Shown: positions 1-13,800 of the stretch, one piece after another
How positions within the stretch are numbered: the first letter of the stretch is position 1
How the letters are laid out: each line of letters starts with the position of its first letter
Source: Proteromonas lacertae
Lineage: Eukaryota
DNA: 26,801 nucleotides
NCBI GenBank assembly: GCA_002245135.1
Contig: NGBS01001178.1
Location: 124,001-150,801 of the forward strand
Direction: 5' to 3'
The notes under the pieces: model-generated
The model's input: only the letters and a program-made list of their open reading frames with translations
Database searches by the model: none
What the model was told of the DNA's origin: nothing
Program-made: the position numbers and the translations under genes

Positions 1-1284
1 CAAATTAGTATATATATATATTATTATTATTATTATTATTATTTATATTATATTAGAATGTAATTACAACAAAAAATATATTCTTTGCAATGGGAATATT
101 TGCAATTCCGCAAATACTATTATCAGTTTTAAATATTATTATAAGTGTATCAGAATCAACAGAAGAGTTTAGTCCATCAGATTCTGATATTTTGCAGGAG
201 ATTTATACTATAAAGTGTAGTCATGAAGATATATTTGTGTATATATAATTATATTAATTGTATCTATTTATTTCTAAATAGTGTTTTGCAATTAATTTTA
301 CATGATTTAATAGTAATATTTTTGATATTAATCTCAATCAAAATTCTCAAAGTCCCAAGATTATTAAACGAACAAAAGAGAATATTAGCCTATTTGATTA
401 TATATATAGTATATTTCGCTATTTTACCAACACTATCTTACTTTGGAGGTGATGCTGATTTGAACTTAATCGTTTGGGAGTTAGGAATGAATGTAATTAT
501 TGTTATTGGACCATTATTGTTATTCATTCCAAAGTTTATTACAATTTATTTTGACAAAGATTTTGATGCTTATACTGGTACTCCATCTTCCTCATCTTCA
601 ATATTGACATATTCAAAATCAAAAGGGTCAAAGAAGAAACAAACAACATCCAAAGTTTATCCAATCGAAGGAAGAACCAAAACACAACAAACAAAAACTC
701 ATTATACACAATTGCACACAAAAACAAGTGGTGAAAATACTACAACAAATACTCGATTAACTCAAACTAGGACAAATCATAGACATAAGAGAAATCCATC
801 GAATATGGTAGTTACATATATTGAAAAAGTGAGAATAGCACAAGATACAACACAACAACCATCCACTCTCTTAGAATCATTGAGTAATCAGAAGAATCCA
901 AATTTCAATAATAATAATAATAATAATAATAATTACCAAAGTGAAAGTGTTATTGTAAATGCTCCACCAATTTCAAAGAAGAATAGTACTTATGCAATAA
1001 AACAACCTCTAGTAAACAACAATGCAATTAGACATAAAAGTTCTATTGAAGAATCACTTGAAAAGAGTGATAAGGTGGTGAATATGAATGGAGAAAGTAG
1101 TATGAATAACCAAGGAATGGTGAAATTAGGTGGATCTACCTCTGCTGGTGTTGCAAATAAACTGAATATGAATAATAATAATACTTCTAATACTGGTGAA
1201 GATTCTAATACTTTAGCTTCTCAATTACCAAGGAATAGGACTGATACATTTTTAGATGCATTCATACCTGATATAGATAGTTAA
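1..1284 (+). CDS. Family C (GABA-B-like) 7TM GPCR, 3' part; gene begins before the window
   Basis: Removing introns 8-56 and 239-281 (GT..TAG) gives hydrophobic helices with the family-C pattern KVPRLLNEQKRI...LLLFIPKF, then a long low-complexity Ser/Thr/Asn tail ending in TAA at 1284. The listed ORF start at 223 is not the real start. Confidence 0.75.
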
Positions 1285-1445
1285 TTAATAATTTTATATT
1301 ATTATTGTTTTGAGAGTATTGAAATTGTGGTTTATTTTAATAATACAAAAAGAAACAATATTCTATAGAATAAAATTTCAATAAAAAACAATCATGAATA
1401 ATATGCTATTTAAAAAAAAACAAGTGGTCATTACTCATTTTTCTT

Positions 1446-2235
1446 CTAATTATTAGTTGCAACTAAAGAAGCAATCATTGAGTTTAATTCAGCCATTTGA
1501 ATTTGAATGTCTGATAATTTCTTTAAACAGTCATTTATAGTAGGACTGGAGCTTGTTGATGGACATTTTGGTACAGTACCAGTAATACTCGTTCTTCTTG
1601 ACTTTGAAGGGGAAGTAGGAGCTGATGTATCACCTGATTTTGATTGGTTAGATGAATTATCAGCAGAAAACCACCATTTGATGAATTTCTTCTTAGTAAC
1701 TCCATCCTTTGGATCAACATCCATCTCATGGAATGCTTTCCATGGCTTTAATTTCAGATCTTTACACAATTTCATTAAAGATTCAGAATCTAAGTTACCA
1801 GTCTTTTTAACATCGTAGCTATCAAAGACATGATTGACATATTCTTCTTCTTCACGTGAATGCTATCATAATAAACTAAGAAAAATGATACTTGAGTACT
1901 TTGACTAAACCACCACTCGGCAAAAGCAGTGAATGTGATGACATTATCTTCAACATCAATTTCCTAAATATTATGGTGTAAATAATACTTTTAAAGCCTT
2001 CCATGGTTTAATGTTCAAATCAGTACAAATACGAGGTAAAACTTCCACATGTACCTTTGAAGTCTTTTCAGTATCATATAACAAGAAGACTTTCATCAAT
2101 TGGCTCAATCCATGTTCAGAATATCTCTATTTAAAAGAATAACTAGAGTATTCTTACTTTTGATAACTTTTTGAATGGTTCAGCGTATGCTGGGCAATTT
2201 AAGATTTGACTTTGGGCACTAGTTTCTTCGCTCAT
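1446..2235 (-). CDS. Divergent EF-hand protein (two repeated EF-hand-pair units) with C-terminal coiled coil, ~234 aa
   Basis: ATG at 2235. Introns 2127-2157 (31 nt), 1964-1988 (25 nt) and 1863-1891 (29 nt) splice in frame. Repeat units: VFLLYDTEKTSKV..ICTDLNIKPWKALKEIDVE..FAEWWFS and VFDSYDVKKTGNL..LCKDLKLKPWKAFHEMDVD..FIKWWFS. Confidence 0.75.
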
Positions 2236-2341
2236 TGAAATAAAGAGAGATAAAAAATATAGAAAGTTCGAAATATTTTTAAATCATCCAATAAAATTCA
2301 AATATTTGAAAGTGTAACTGCTGATAATCAGTTATACACAT

Positions 2342-2349
2342 AACAAACA
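2342..2349 (-). promoter_or_regulatory. TGTTTGTT GU-rich downstream element (candidate polyadenylation signal of the GRWD1 gene)
   Basis: aacaaaca on + is TGTTTGTT on -, lying ~80 nt downstream of the GRWD1 stop in a TTG-rich tract. It matches the motif known downstream of Blastocystis poly(A) sites. Confidence 0.4.
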
Positions 2350-2428
2350 CAATGTAACAACAACAAGAATAATAAAATAGATAAATTGAAGAAAAAAATG
2401 AATAAACTTATCAAAAATACATAATCAT

Positions 2429-3912
2429 TTACGAATCATCTATTTCTAAACCTAAATCATCATTTTCATCCAATTGTGTATTTGGCTTAAATACATTAAA
2501 TCCATCTTCTGCTGTTGAAAATATAACATCTGGTAATTGACTGTGAAAATGTAATTCTTTGATGTGACTTTGGCCTCTATGAACAAATAATAATTGATCT
2601 GGAACATCTAAATCATTTTTATTACCTACAGATGTATCCTTTTCAAGAGATAAATCCCATAGTGTTAATTGACCATCTTCACCTGAAACACTCAATACTG
2701 TGGACTCAATTGGTGACCACTCAACAGAGGTTACTGGGCAATCATACCATTTGTAATTGGCAATAGGTTTATCGAAATGCTGTAGATCCCAAATTTTGAA
2801 GGAGCCATCATCACTACCTGATAGTAAAAATTGTGAATTAATTTTATTCCATGAAATTACATTCACATCTTTGTCGTGAGCCTTTATTGACAACATGGCT
2901 TTATTATGTTCCCTAAGATCGCCAATACCAATACATCCATCTGTAGAACATGTTGCAAATACATTACCTTCAGTAGGACTCCATTGAATATCTTCGATAC
3001 TTCCCTTGTGTATATTATACGATAAAATATCAGTGGTAAAAGAACTGCCATTACTTGCAGGCATAGTATGGTATAAACAATTGCCGCAATCACCAGATAG
3101 TAAATGGCCTTGATTAACAGGTGACCAGTCTAATCCATATCCTTCAGAATGATGAGTATTAACTGTATAAATAGGTTTTAGTTTCATTGTGGATTTACCT
3201 GTGTTAGTTGTTGATGAAGTTGTTAAATTATGAAGAGGATCGTTAATATCCCAAATAAATACTTTTCCTGTATCACTCCATGTAGCTACAATTTGTGGCT
3301 TTGAATGTAATGATCTAATTCTATTCACTGATCCTTCGTGTTGAATTCCGATTGACGTTAACACTGGATCTATATCTTCATTATCATCTTCATCTTCTAA
3401 ATCATCTGCATCTCCATCATCATTCTTTGTTTTATGTAAATCACTCATATGAACAACTACAATCTTGTTATCGTTTGGATTTGCTGCTTGTGTACCTGCT
3501 ACTGCATATGCTTCTAATGGAAACTACTTTTATAACATAAATATATACTCTAGTTCTATTCACTCCAAGATTATCCTGAATTATGTCGAACGATAAACAA
3601 GACCATTCTAATTCAAATGAATGATACATAATATATGCGCTGCTATCATATTCTAACACCTCTCCTTCTTGTAAAGGTCTTTTTGAAGGATCCCACACTT
3701 CCTATTGAATAAAACAAATGAAAATATACCACATTATTGTCAATATTCTCTTCATCTTCTTCATTCACTTCATTCTCATTCACAATAACTTCCTCTTCTT
3801 CTTCATCTTCATACAAATCTTCACATTCCATCTCATCTTCAAGATTTGGTTCTTCTTTACCATACTGCTTCTTTGCAGCATTATCTTTTGCTCCTGCACG
3901 ACGTTTTGGCAT
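2429..3912 (-). CDS. GRWD1: Ribosome assembly / histone-binding WD40 protein RRB1/GRWD1, ~476 aa
   Basis: Introns 3702-3729 (28 nt) and 3524-3548 (25 nt) join three ORFs in frame. Acidic N-terminus, LEYDSSAYIMYH..EWSCLSFDII..AVAGTQA, EGYGLDWSP, SIEDIQWSPTE, PDQLLFVHRGQ, STAEDGFNVFKP. Confidence 0.93.
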
Positions 3913-4059
3913 AATTCAATTATTGTAGGCTTGATTGTGGTTTGTCAATATTTTGGCATTACTCAAAATCTCATTATTCTTCAACTTATTATGTATATAA
4001 AATATTAAATCTAGATGTACATGATATAAATAAATAAAAGATAAATAAAAGAAATTAAA

Positions 4060-5044
4060 TTATTTGAAAGTGAGATTTGGATCTGAAGAATTAAATACTT
4101 TATAAATTGTTTCAGATAATGCTTTTTGTTTGGCTTTACCAAATATATTCTATTAAATAAATAAATAAAAACATAAACATACTTCCAACATTTCTTTCTT
4201 TTCTTTCTCACTATTCAACATTTCATAAGCATTATATAAACTATTCAAGGTTGGATAAACTTCAACTATTTTACACATTCTTTCTTCACTTACTCCAGGT
4301 ATTACTTTCAACATTTTCATATAACTCTGTTGATATTCAGATAAACTACCATCAGCTGCTATTTTCCTCTTTTTAACCGTTGATATTGTATCAGATGTTA
4401 ATTTATAAGGCATTTCACTCAATGTTTTAGCTATTTCTATTACATATTCTGATATTTGGGATAATCTTGATTTTTCCACTATTTCATTTCCTGTTTTTAT
4501 ATAAATTGATATTTTTGTTTCGTTTAATAGAGTTGGAGTTATTTTGAATGACATTCTTTTGTGTTTTTTCATCACTTTATTCATCTCTTCATCTATTCCA
4601 TTCCAAATGTGAATTATTCTCATTTTCTTGTTATTTATCTTTGGAAATTTTAAACTAATGTAATATAATCATTTATATACTTCAATTCTTTTATTTCTTC
4701 AAGTATATCAATTTCTTTATCTAAACTATCTACTATCTCTTTTCCTTCACATATATGGATGATCAAAGGTATTTCCTCCAGTTTATCAGATTCACACTAT
4801 TATAATATCAATATTAATAATAAAAATATACATCTTCTTCTACAAGATAATTATCGATATCTTCTGCTTGCCAAGGTCTTCTTTTAAAACCAATGCAATT
4901 CTTTACATCATATTTCAATGGCTTACCAAAACAGAACTCTTTATTAGCTGTGTGTTTCAATACTGTTTCTATTTCACTTCCAATCAAATCTTTAGATAGT
5001 GATATTATTAATTCTTTGTGATATATATCCAATCTATACGGCAT
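4060..5044 (-). CDS. EME1: EME1/Mms4-like non-catalytic subunit of the MUS81 crossover junction endonuclease, ~296 aa
   Basis: Introns 4797-4831, 4655-4680 and 4150-4182 splice in frame. C-terminal HhH region MLKVIPGVSEE..IVEVYPTLNSLYNAY..MLENIFGK..ALSETIYKVFNSSDP is typical of EME1. TAA at 4060-4062. Confidence 0.72.
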
Positions 5045-5184
5045 TCAGCTCAAATTTCAAATTTTAATTTTTGATCATGATCTGAGTTTATCTCAAAAAC
5101 TAAAAAAATTAAAAATCTCATCAAATATATCTTATTATCAATTATAAACAATTTAAAATAAATATTTATTAACATATTATTGAC

Positions 5185-5610
5185 TCATTCAAAATAATTA
5201 CCTAGAAAACAATAAGCATTGTAGCTATTTGATAAATCAATCATTTCATATCCACATTCTTTGGTAAAATCATATTCAGTCCATTTGAAGAAGAATGACT
5301 TCATTTCCTGATATTTCAATTGATCTTCTGATTTTTCAATTTCAGAAACATCACCTAAATAATATGCTACTATTCCTAAGATGTACATAAAATTTGGCAT
5401 ATTTTTCACTCTTTCGCATAACTTTTGATCCAAACACTTCTCACATAAACACATTAAAGGTTTTATGATATTATAAAATACCGATATTATCTCCTCACTC
5501 TCTGGCAGTAATGATACACTAAATTCCTCAGAAATATTTTCGATTTCTAAAAACAATTCATTAAACCCACTATTCATCTCTTCACTCTCTTTTATTGTCA
5601 TAGTTAACAT
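5185..5610 (-). CDS. Hypothetical protein, 141 aa
   Basis: Intron-less ATG..TGA ORF with protein-like composition, filling the gap between neighbours on the same strand. No family recognised. Confidence 0.6.
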   Translation of the reverse strand: MLTMTIKESEEMNSGFNELFLEIENISEEFSVSLLPESEEIISVFYNIIKPLMCLCEKCLDQKLCERVKNMPNFMYILGIVAYYLGDVSEIEKSEDQLKYQEMKSFFFKWTEYDFTKECGYEMIDLSNSYNAYCFLGNYFE

Positions 5611-5756
5611 AATTCAACTAAATTTTACAGATAATAATAATAAAGAATGTAAAAATAAAGAAAACAAAAGTTTGGAGGGAAAAAGAAAATTATGGCGGTT
5701 TTTTATTAATGAAGATTTTTACTTCACAAATTCACTATTATAAAGAAACAAAATTT

Positions 5757-7658
5757 TCAATAGTTATTATTTATCATAAAACTACCACTTCTACCTCCTG
5801 ATAAAGCACTTGAATTAGTTTCTGTTCTTCTTACACTTGAAGTTGGATTTGAATTTGATGTTGTTGAGATATTTATTGTATTATCATTATCATTGTCATT
5901 GTCATTATTATTATTGTTTTTATCATTTTTATTTCTACTCAACTTATCTTCAATATCCAATAACAACTTCTTTATTTCTTCATTACTTTTGTATAATTTA
6001 CATTCTTCTAATCTCTTTTCTGTCATTAAATCTTTCTTTATCTCAAAACTATAACCTTGATCCAATAAAAACTTCTGTCTTCTAGTCGCATAATACATTT
6101 CTTTTGTATAAGTTGAAACTAATGAATAGAAATAAGCATTATATCCACTCGTACAGCCTTTCTTTGGTCTTAATATTCGACCTAATCTTTGAGCTTCTTG
6201 TCTTCGAGCTGAAAAATGAGAAGCAACTTGAATCAATACTGTTGCTTGAGGTAAATCAATTGAAGTATCACCAACTCGAGATATAAATAAGGTATTTAAA
6301 TCTTTATTTTCTCGAAATGATTGAAATAAACTCTCTCTTTCTCTTTCACCTACACTTCCATCAATAAATGGTCTTTTCATTGCTAGACTGTATAATCGAA
6401 TTGCTATTATATTATCACAAAAAACTAAGATTTTATCTCCTTGTTTCTCATGATATTTCACTAAATATTCACACGCATGAATCTTGTTAGGATTCATTAC
6501 ATAATAAATATTTCGATTTCTTTCATTACTTCTTATATATTGTTTATAAAACTCTTTTTCCATTTCACACCAGATTTCAACACATTGAACTTTGGATAAA
6601 AATCCATTCTAAAAAGAAAATTATATAATAACAATATATATATAAAATACATCAGTTAATTCCATCCAATTAGCTTCATATAATTTTGGTCCAACCAAAT
6701 AATTCAAATCAGATATTAAATAACTTCTCTTACTAGAGTTGCAGTTAAACCTAACTTACAATGACATTTCATTGAACTTGTTATTCTTCGAAATGTTGAT
6801 GCTGGAGCTACATGCACTTCATCTAATATTAATAAACCCCATTCTCGATTTCTCATTTCTTCTAATATCCTTTCAGTATCAGCACCTCTATGACCACTGA
6901 AACTTAACATCGAATATGTTGTCACTAATAAAACAGCTTCATCTTTAGGTAAATCATGCTATTATCACAATTATATATGAAGATATAAATATATTTATAC
7001 TTTTTCATCAGCAGTAAACTTTATTACATTATGTTGAGGTATTGTAGAAAATGTATAAAACTGTTGAACCCATTGATTTACTGAAAATGTCGCTGTACAA
7101 ACACATAAACAACTTTTCTTTATAGTTGAAGCAGCTACAATTCCTACCAATGTTTTACCAGCTCCACAAGGTAATACAACTACTCCAGATCTGCCTCTTC
7201 CATTACCAAACATTTTACTTAACGATTTCTCTTGATATGGTCTTATATAGACTGAAGATCTTAAATCGATTGGTAAACAGGGATTTTTCTATTCAAATAA
7301 CATTAATAATATTAATAATATATATATACTGTATCTTTTCTAAAATCATATTCATCAATCATTGGATATATATTATTACATATTTGTTTAATCTTTTCTA
7401 CTGTTTCTTGATCAGATTTTATTGGAAAACTATAATTCTTTCGAGCTTTCGCACTTTCTAATTCTTATTCTATATTTCCTATTTCACCAGCATTCTATTA
7501 TTTATAATTAACATAAAAATATACTAAATTATCTAAATTACTACTCAATTCTTTTAATGTATCACTTTCTTCAAATTCATTTGAATTTTCATTTAATTTT
7601 GCTGTATTTATTTCACTATTGTTTAGCATATCTCTTAATAGTGATGGATTACTTGATT
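5757..7658 (-). pseudogene. ERCC3: TFIIH helicase XPB/ERCC3, 5'-truncated and disabled copy
   Basis: Motifs [63 protein letters not shown]. Introns 7495-7524, 7289-7329, 6959-7000, 6609-6650. Lesions: in-frame TAA at 7465-7467, an 8-nt frameshifting remnant at 6717-6724, and homology ending at ~7658 with the N-terminal domain absent. Confidence 0.85.
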
Positions 7659-7841
7659 TTTTATCAAGAATGAAAATTTATATTTGAAGTTTTTGAAAGT
7701 ACAAAATAGATATTTCAATTAATTTCATAATAATATTAAGCATCTATGTTTAAATTTTGATTGCTTTTTTAAGCTTGATATAGTTTGTATTTAATAACTA
7801 AACACACATCTTTGATAATTATATAATTCATTTCTTTAGTA

Positions 7842-10800
7842 ATGGAATCATCAGATTTCTTAACTTATAGCGATCTAAATAAAATTAGACTACATGAAGC
7901 TAAAGTCATAAAAGGCAAAGCTTTCTGTTATTGCTATAATCCTGTTATTTTAATTAGAGATTGCTTCATTCGTATTTACTGTGAAATGAAGAGAATAATT
8001 ATAGAGAATAAGGGATCTAAATATCAAAAATGCTTTTTAGTGTATGGCAATAACCAAATAGGTAAGACAACATTCAGCTGTTTTCTAGCATATTGTTTCA
8101 ACAAAGATAAAGATTTCAGGGAATATAATATAGTGTTTTTCTGTGATCCTGTAAAAGATACACGAATATATTATTTTCGAACAGCTTATGGTGAAATGTA
8201 TTACAAAACAACATATCTGCCAAATACAAAGAGAAAAACACTAATAATTAGTGACAATAAACCCATTAACGAAGATGACTACAGTAGTGCTGAGATAGTG
8301 ATTATGATATCTTCACCAGATGCAAAAAAATACAAAGTAATGAGTAATAAAAGAGCTCCAGTGCAATATTATATACTATCTCTCACAGAAGAGGACATTG
8401 AATTCAGTATAAGAATAGGAAATAAGTTGAGTGAAAATAAAATATACAACTTTAAAGATGTTAGTGAAATTGATGTAAATAATCAGCATTTACCATCATA
8501 TATACCACCATCATATAATCAAGAATATTATATATATGATACAGACAGAATAGATGTAATTCCAGAAAGAATAAAATTCAAATCAGAAGAAATAGAAAGA
8601 GAAATAATAATCAGATATTTCAACTCTCCAAAGAAATTTGTAGAGTTGTATGATATATTTGATGAAAATGAAAATGGATTTTTATTTGAAAGAATGTGTC
8701 ATATCATTTTTTCTAAATCAAAAGTTGATAAATTATCTAATAATAATGGCGAATTATATATGTCAAAGAAAATTTGTTATCATGATGATATGAGTAAATT
8801 TGTTAAATATCTTAACTCTAAGGGTAAGTATTATATTGAAAAAGATGATAGAAATGAAAATGTTAATACATTGTATGTTGATTTTAGTACAATTAAAGAT
8901 TTCCCAGCAATTGATGGCTGTATTATTAATAAATTCAATATTACAGCTGTTCAAATGACCATTTCAAATGATCATCCTACTTTAGATACAATAATTGTAT
9001 TTCTGAATGTATTTATATAATATAATATAATTGATTAGATGATATACAGCTATCATAAAGATAAGATGATAAAATATATATTAAATCATCCAACTATTAA
9101 TCCAACTGTTACTAATCTACTTGCTAGTCCATATCCAACAGAATCTTCATTTTATGATCTTGGTTATATACCAATTAATTTAAAGAGAAATATAATATCT
9201 GAAATGGATCAACGTAAAAGAATCCTATATGAAAGCTATGTATATTATAATATATTATTTCTATTATTATTTATAGTTCTTATTCAATGAACTTAGTTGT
9301 AGAAAAAACATAGATTCTAGTTTAATTAAAAACTATAGTGTTGAGAGACAGACTGAATTCTTGAGTATCATGGATGGCAATATGAAAAAGATAAACAAAT
9401 TAGAGCTTGAATTACTCCCTAAGAGTCAGGAAGTATTGAAATGTATTAAAAATAATCAAAAACTTACACAATATCAGAACGTAACTTTATTGGAAGAACG
9501 ATTAGATGCATTAGAAACACAAGTAAGTTTTTTTCGCAACACATTTGGAAGAATTAAAAGTAAAAATAAGTACATATGATAGAAAGTTGAAAGCATTAAC
9601 GAAAAAAATAGAACAATCAAAAGATGATAAGTCAGAAAATATCTCCAAAAAGCGAAAAAGGACAAATACAAAAAAAGGCACTGAGCTTATTGAAGGATAC
9701 AGAATAAAAATCAGATTATTCATTTTTAAGAATCTGGCAGATAAAGTTTATATTCAATTAGATGAATCAAAAGACTCAATACAAAAGTGTGTATATGAAT
9801 TATCTATAGTAAAAACAAAATTAATTAAGCAAAGAATCAATCAGTTAAAGGCTAATGTAGAAATAATAAAAAATGGCATATCAGAACAAATAAGTAACGT
9901 AGAGGTTATATTTTCTGACCATTTGCCATCACTAGCAACATCCGAATATTTAATTTTTATAGGAATATTACAAAATGAATTAAAAACTTTTGAAAAAGAA
10001 GTAAAAGAAATTCATAATCAATTAAAAGATTTATTCAATGAAAATCAACCCAATGAACCAACTCCTGAATTAGATTATTTAGATTCGTTGTTAGAAAATG
10101 GATTATCATATATATCAGAAAGGTTTATGGATATAATAAAATTACAAAGTAATCGTACAGAATTGCAAAGTGAATTAAAAGTATTATGTAATTTACAAGA
10201 GACATTGAAGAGTAATATATATATAATGAATAAAGTCTTCCAATCATATTTACAATGGGATCATTATGCATTTGAAAATGATCTTCAAACACAATTAACA
10301 TATTTCAGAACTTTCTTACAAAATTCATTTTTACAAGGTGCAACAATAACAGAAGTATTAGAAAATGAAGAAAATAATATAGAAGAAGAAGAAAGTATTA
10401 ATGAAGAAGAAAAACGGCGTAATACTGAAGATGACTCCTATAATATGGAAGAAGAAGAAAATACAGAAGAAGAAAACTCTTATAATATGGAAGAAGCTAT
10501 TCAAGATTCAATAGATTTATATAATGAATTTGTTTTTTTACAACATTTATTTCAATTTATTAATATATATGATCTTGAAGAAGCAAATGAGTTAGTGAAA
10601 TGTGAAATAAATTCAAAGTTGTTACATGATCTGGATGACTATTTAATCGATGTTATATATAATGACTTAGATGATAATAAAAAAATAGAAATGAAACAAA
10701 GAATCATTGATGTATATAAAATGTATTATTATTATTACTATAGGCAATTGGCAAGGAAATTCAACCAATTTATGCTACTACCAATAATAAATTGAAAAAT

Positions 10801-13800
10801 GAATTGAAAAATGAATTGGATATATGTAATCCATTATTTAAAATAGTATTTGTTACATATAAAAATGATAATGTTCAGAGTGAACTGGTAAAAGGTGATT
10901 TGAAATTTGGGATGTATAGCAATGATTTTAAAATTGAAATGATAAAAGAAATGAAAAAAACTTATAAGTGGGATATTAAATCTCCCTCAGCAAATGATGA
11001 AAATGACGAAAATCCAACAAAAAAACGAAAAATAGAATATAATGATGATAATAATACTAATAATAAAAATAAAATACCTGAAAATATCATCATATCAATA
11101 AAATCAAAAAGAATTAGATTTTCTGTTATAAAAATATCTAAAAAGAATTATTTGATAGTTCAGGATGTAAAATTCCTACAATGAAACGCTATACTGCAGG
11201 TAAGACCTTGAGATTTTCACCAAAAGAATGTTCAAATATACTTATTAATAAACCGATCAAAAAGGAAAATAAACCGGAAACAGATATAAAAGAGTTGATT
11301 AAAAAATTTAACGATAGTATTACTACTCGAGCTAATACCACTGATAGTTTAGAACAAACTTGTTCTAGATGTAATGATTTAATTCTACAGTTCAATAATT
11401 GTAGAATTGACAAATTAAAAAATAATAAACTAAGTCAGCATATCAAAGATGATATTGAAATCATGTTTAACAGAATAGATGAAAGTGTAGTACTCAATAA
11501 AAAAAATAAAAAAGTAAAGCAATTGAAAGATTTCATTAAATTAACTTTTCCTGTTGATAATAAAAGTCTAAATGTGTATATTGAAAAGTTGTTATCTGCA
11601 TTTAATTCAATAAAAGAAATTATACCAAATGTAAATAATTATTGTTTACCTTGTTCAAGTATATTTTATATCGATATATTATTCTAATAATAGAAACAAA
11701 TGCAATATGTCGAATATTTGAAGAAGCAGTAACTTTAAATGATGATAATACAATAAGTATTGGATGTTATGTTTACCAATATCCTGAAAAGAAAGTGTAT
11801 ATCCGAAGTGTTTATAAAGATATATGGAATGAATTACAATATTATATTTTATTTTTCAAAATAAAAAATGATAAAAGTAAAGATGTAAATAAGATTAATA
11901 TTATTATTAAGGTTATAAATGAATTAATTGAAAAAAGATAATAACAAGAATGCCAAAAGATATTTTCATATGTTTTAGAAAAGGTATTGATGAAATAAGC
12001 AATTATAATGAAAAAAATATGATTCTAGAAGATTTAAACAATAGATTTTTAGCAAGAAGAATCGAAAAGGATGGAAAGGATTTTAATATAGGTAGATGTT
12101 TTAAGATTTTATTAAGAGGAAATCCAGGATGTGGTAAGACCTCCTTTATAATATTTTTGTTGAAGATGATATTTGAATTGAATGAAAGAATTAGTGATGA
12201 TGAATTACATATTAAGGCATCAATATTTAAAAATTCAGAAGAACAAACATGTAGTCAATATCGATTAGAAGGTAAACATGTAAAAGAAGTAAATGATGAT
12301 GAACGTTGCGATATAGCTATATCTGATTCATATGACCTTAATAAAACAACTGCAAGCGCTTCAATTATATTATATGTTACTTCACCAGATTATAAGAATT
12401 ATAAACATTTTTATGATTCAGATATTAATAAGGCCTATTATTTTATGGATGTATTTAGTGATAAAGAAATTTTAGATTGGGAAGAAAAATGTTTATCTAG
12501 TGAATTGAGAGAATCAATAAACAAGAAAGAAAATCAATTCAATAAAAAATATGGAAATGTTCCAAGACATATTTATTATGCTTCAATATATGATAATTGT
12601 TATGGAAAAGATTATTGGGATCAGTTATACTCAATGGGTATTAAAAGAATAATAGGTGGTCTTGGATATATGGAATTTCTAATGAAATATCTATTTCCAA
12701 GTAAATCTAAAACTGATAAAATATCCAATAGAAAAGTTACATTTGATAGTACCTTATGCCATTATATAGTGAAATATTCTATTCCATATAAAGATAAAGA
12801 TAAAACAACCAAATGTTATGATAGAATCAACGAAGATCAAATGGAATTTATATCTGATGAGGTATATGATTTTATATATTATAATATAAAACACAAAGCT
12901 GAAGAAGAAGATGTGAAAAAACTTCAAAATATTTTTGCAGATATTTATGATAAAAAATATCATCAATTATTTCAATTATTATTTGAAGAACTAATTTTTT
13001 ACAACTGTTTATATAATACAGATAAGTTACAGAGAAGCAAAGGTCGTAGTATATTATTAGAAGAAATAAAAGACGATAAATTTGAAGAGTTTAAAAAATT
13101 ATTTGATGTAGATATCTATTCTACTAAAATGAAAGGAGTATATATACTTCATTTAGCAACTCTTGAGAATAGAGAAATGATTTATTTGGTGAACAATTGT
13201 TTTATTCATATATTAAATGATGAAAGAAAAGTAGATTTTGATGATAAAATAAATGAATGTATATGTGGTTTGCACGATAAGATGAAATATTCAAAAATGT
13301 ACTATGTTGTAGTATCCAATAATTGCTCATCTGTTTCATCATCTTCTGAAACAAAAGTATCAGTTTCCCATTTTAAAGGAGAGGCAAAAATAAATAAAAC
13401 AAATATTATATATTGTACATCAAAATTTGGTAATTCAGTATATGGAAATGCTTTCAATATACAAATTGGAAATGATAAAGAAGTTGAATTTAAAAAGAAT
13501 AGTAATACACAGACTGCAATACTAACATCAGTATCAATACCACCATCACCACCACCACCACAACAACAATTACAATCAATTGATAATGATGGTATTTACT
13601 TTGGAACTTCTATTGATAATGTGGGTGATAAATGTGGTTTAGTGAATGAAGGTAATACTAGTTACTTGAACTCAACATTGCAATGTTTAGCTCATATCGT
13701 ACCATTACAATATTATTTCAAAAACACATACGAAGAGATATATTTTGATGAAAATGATGATAATAATACTTGCATGACAAAAGCTATCGCTCTTTTATTA

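Noticed and set aside
9523..9551. GTAAGT at 9523 as an intron donor fixing the CR gene frameshift
   Set aside because: The nearby AG (9551) leads straight to TAA. Removing one T from the T7 run restores the frame more simply.
11125..11199. Introns 11125-11158 or 11167-11199 joining ORFs 10792 and 11181
   Set aside because: Both splices give the wrong phase and an immediate stop.
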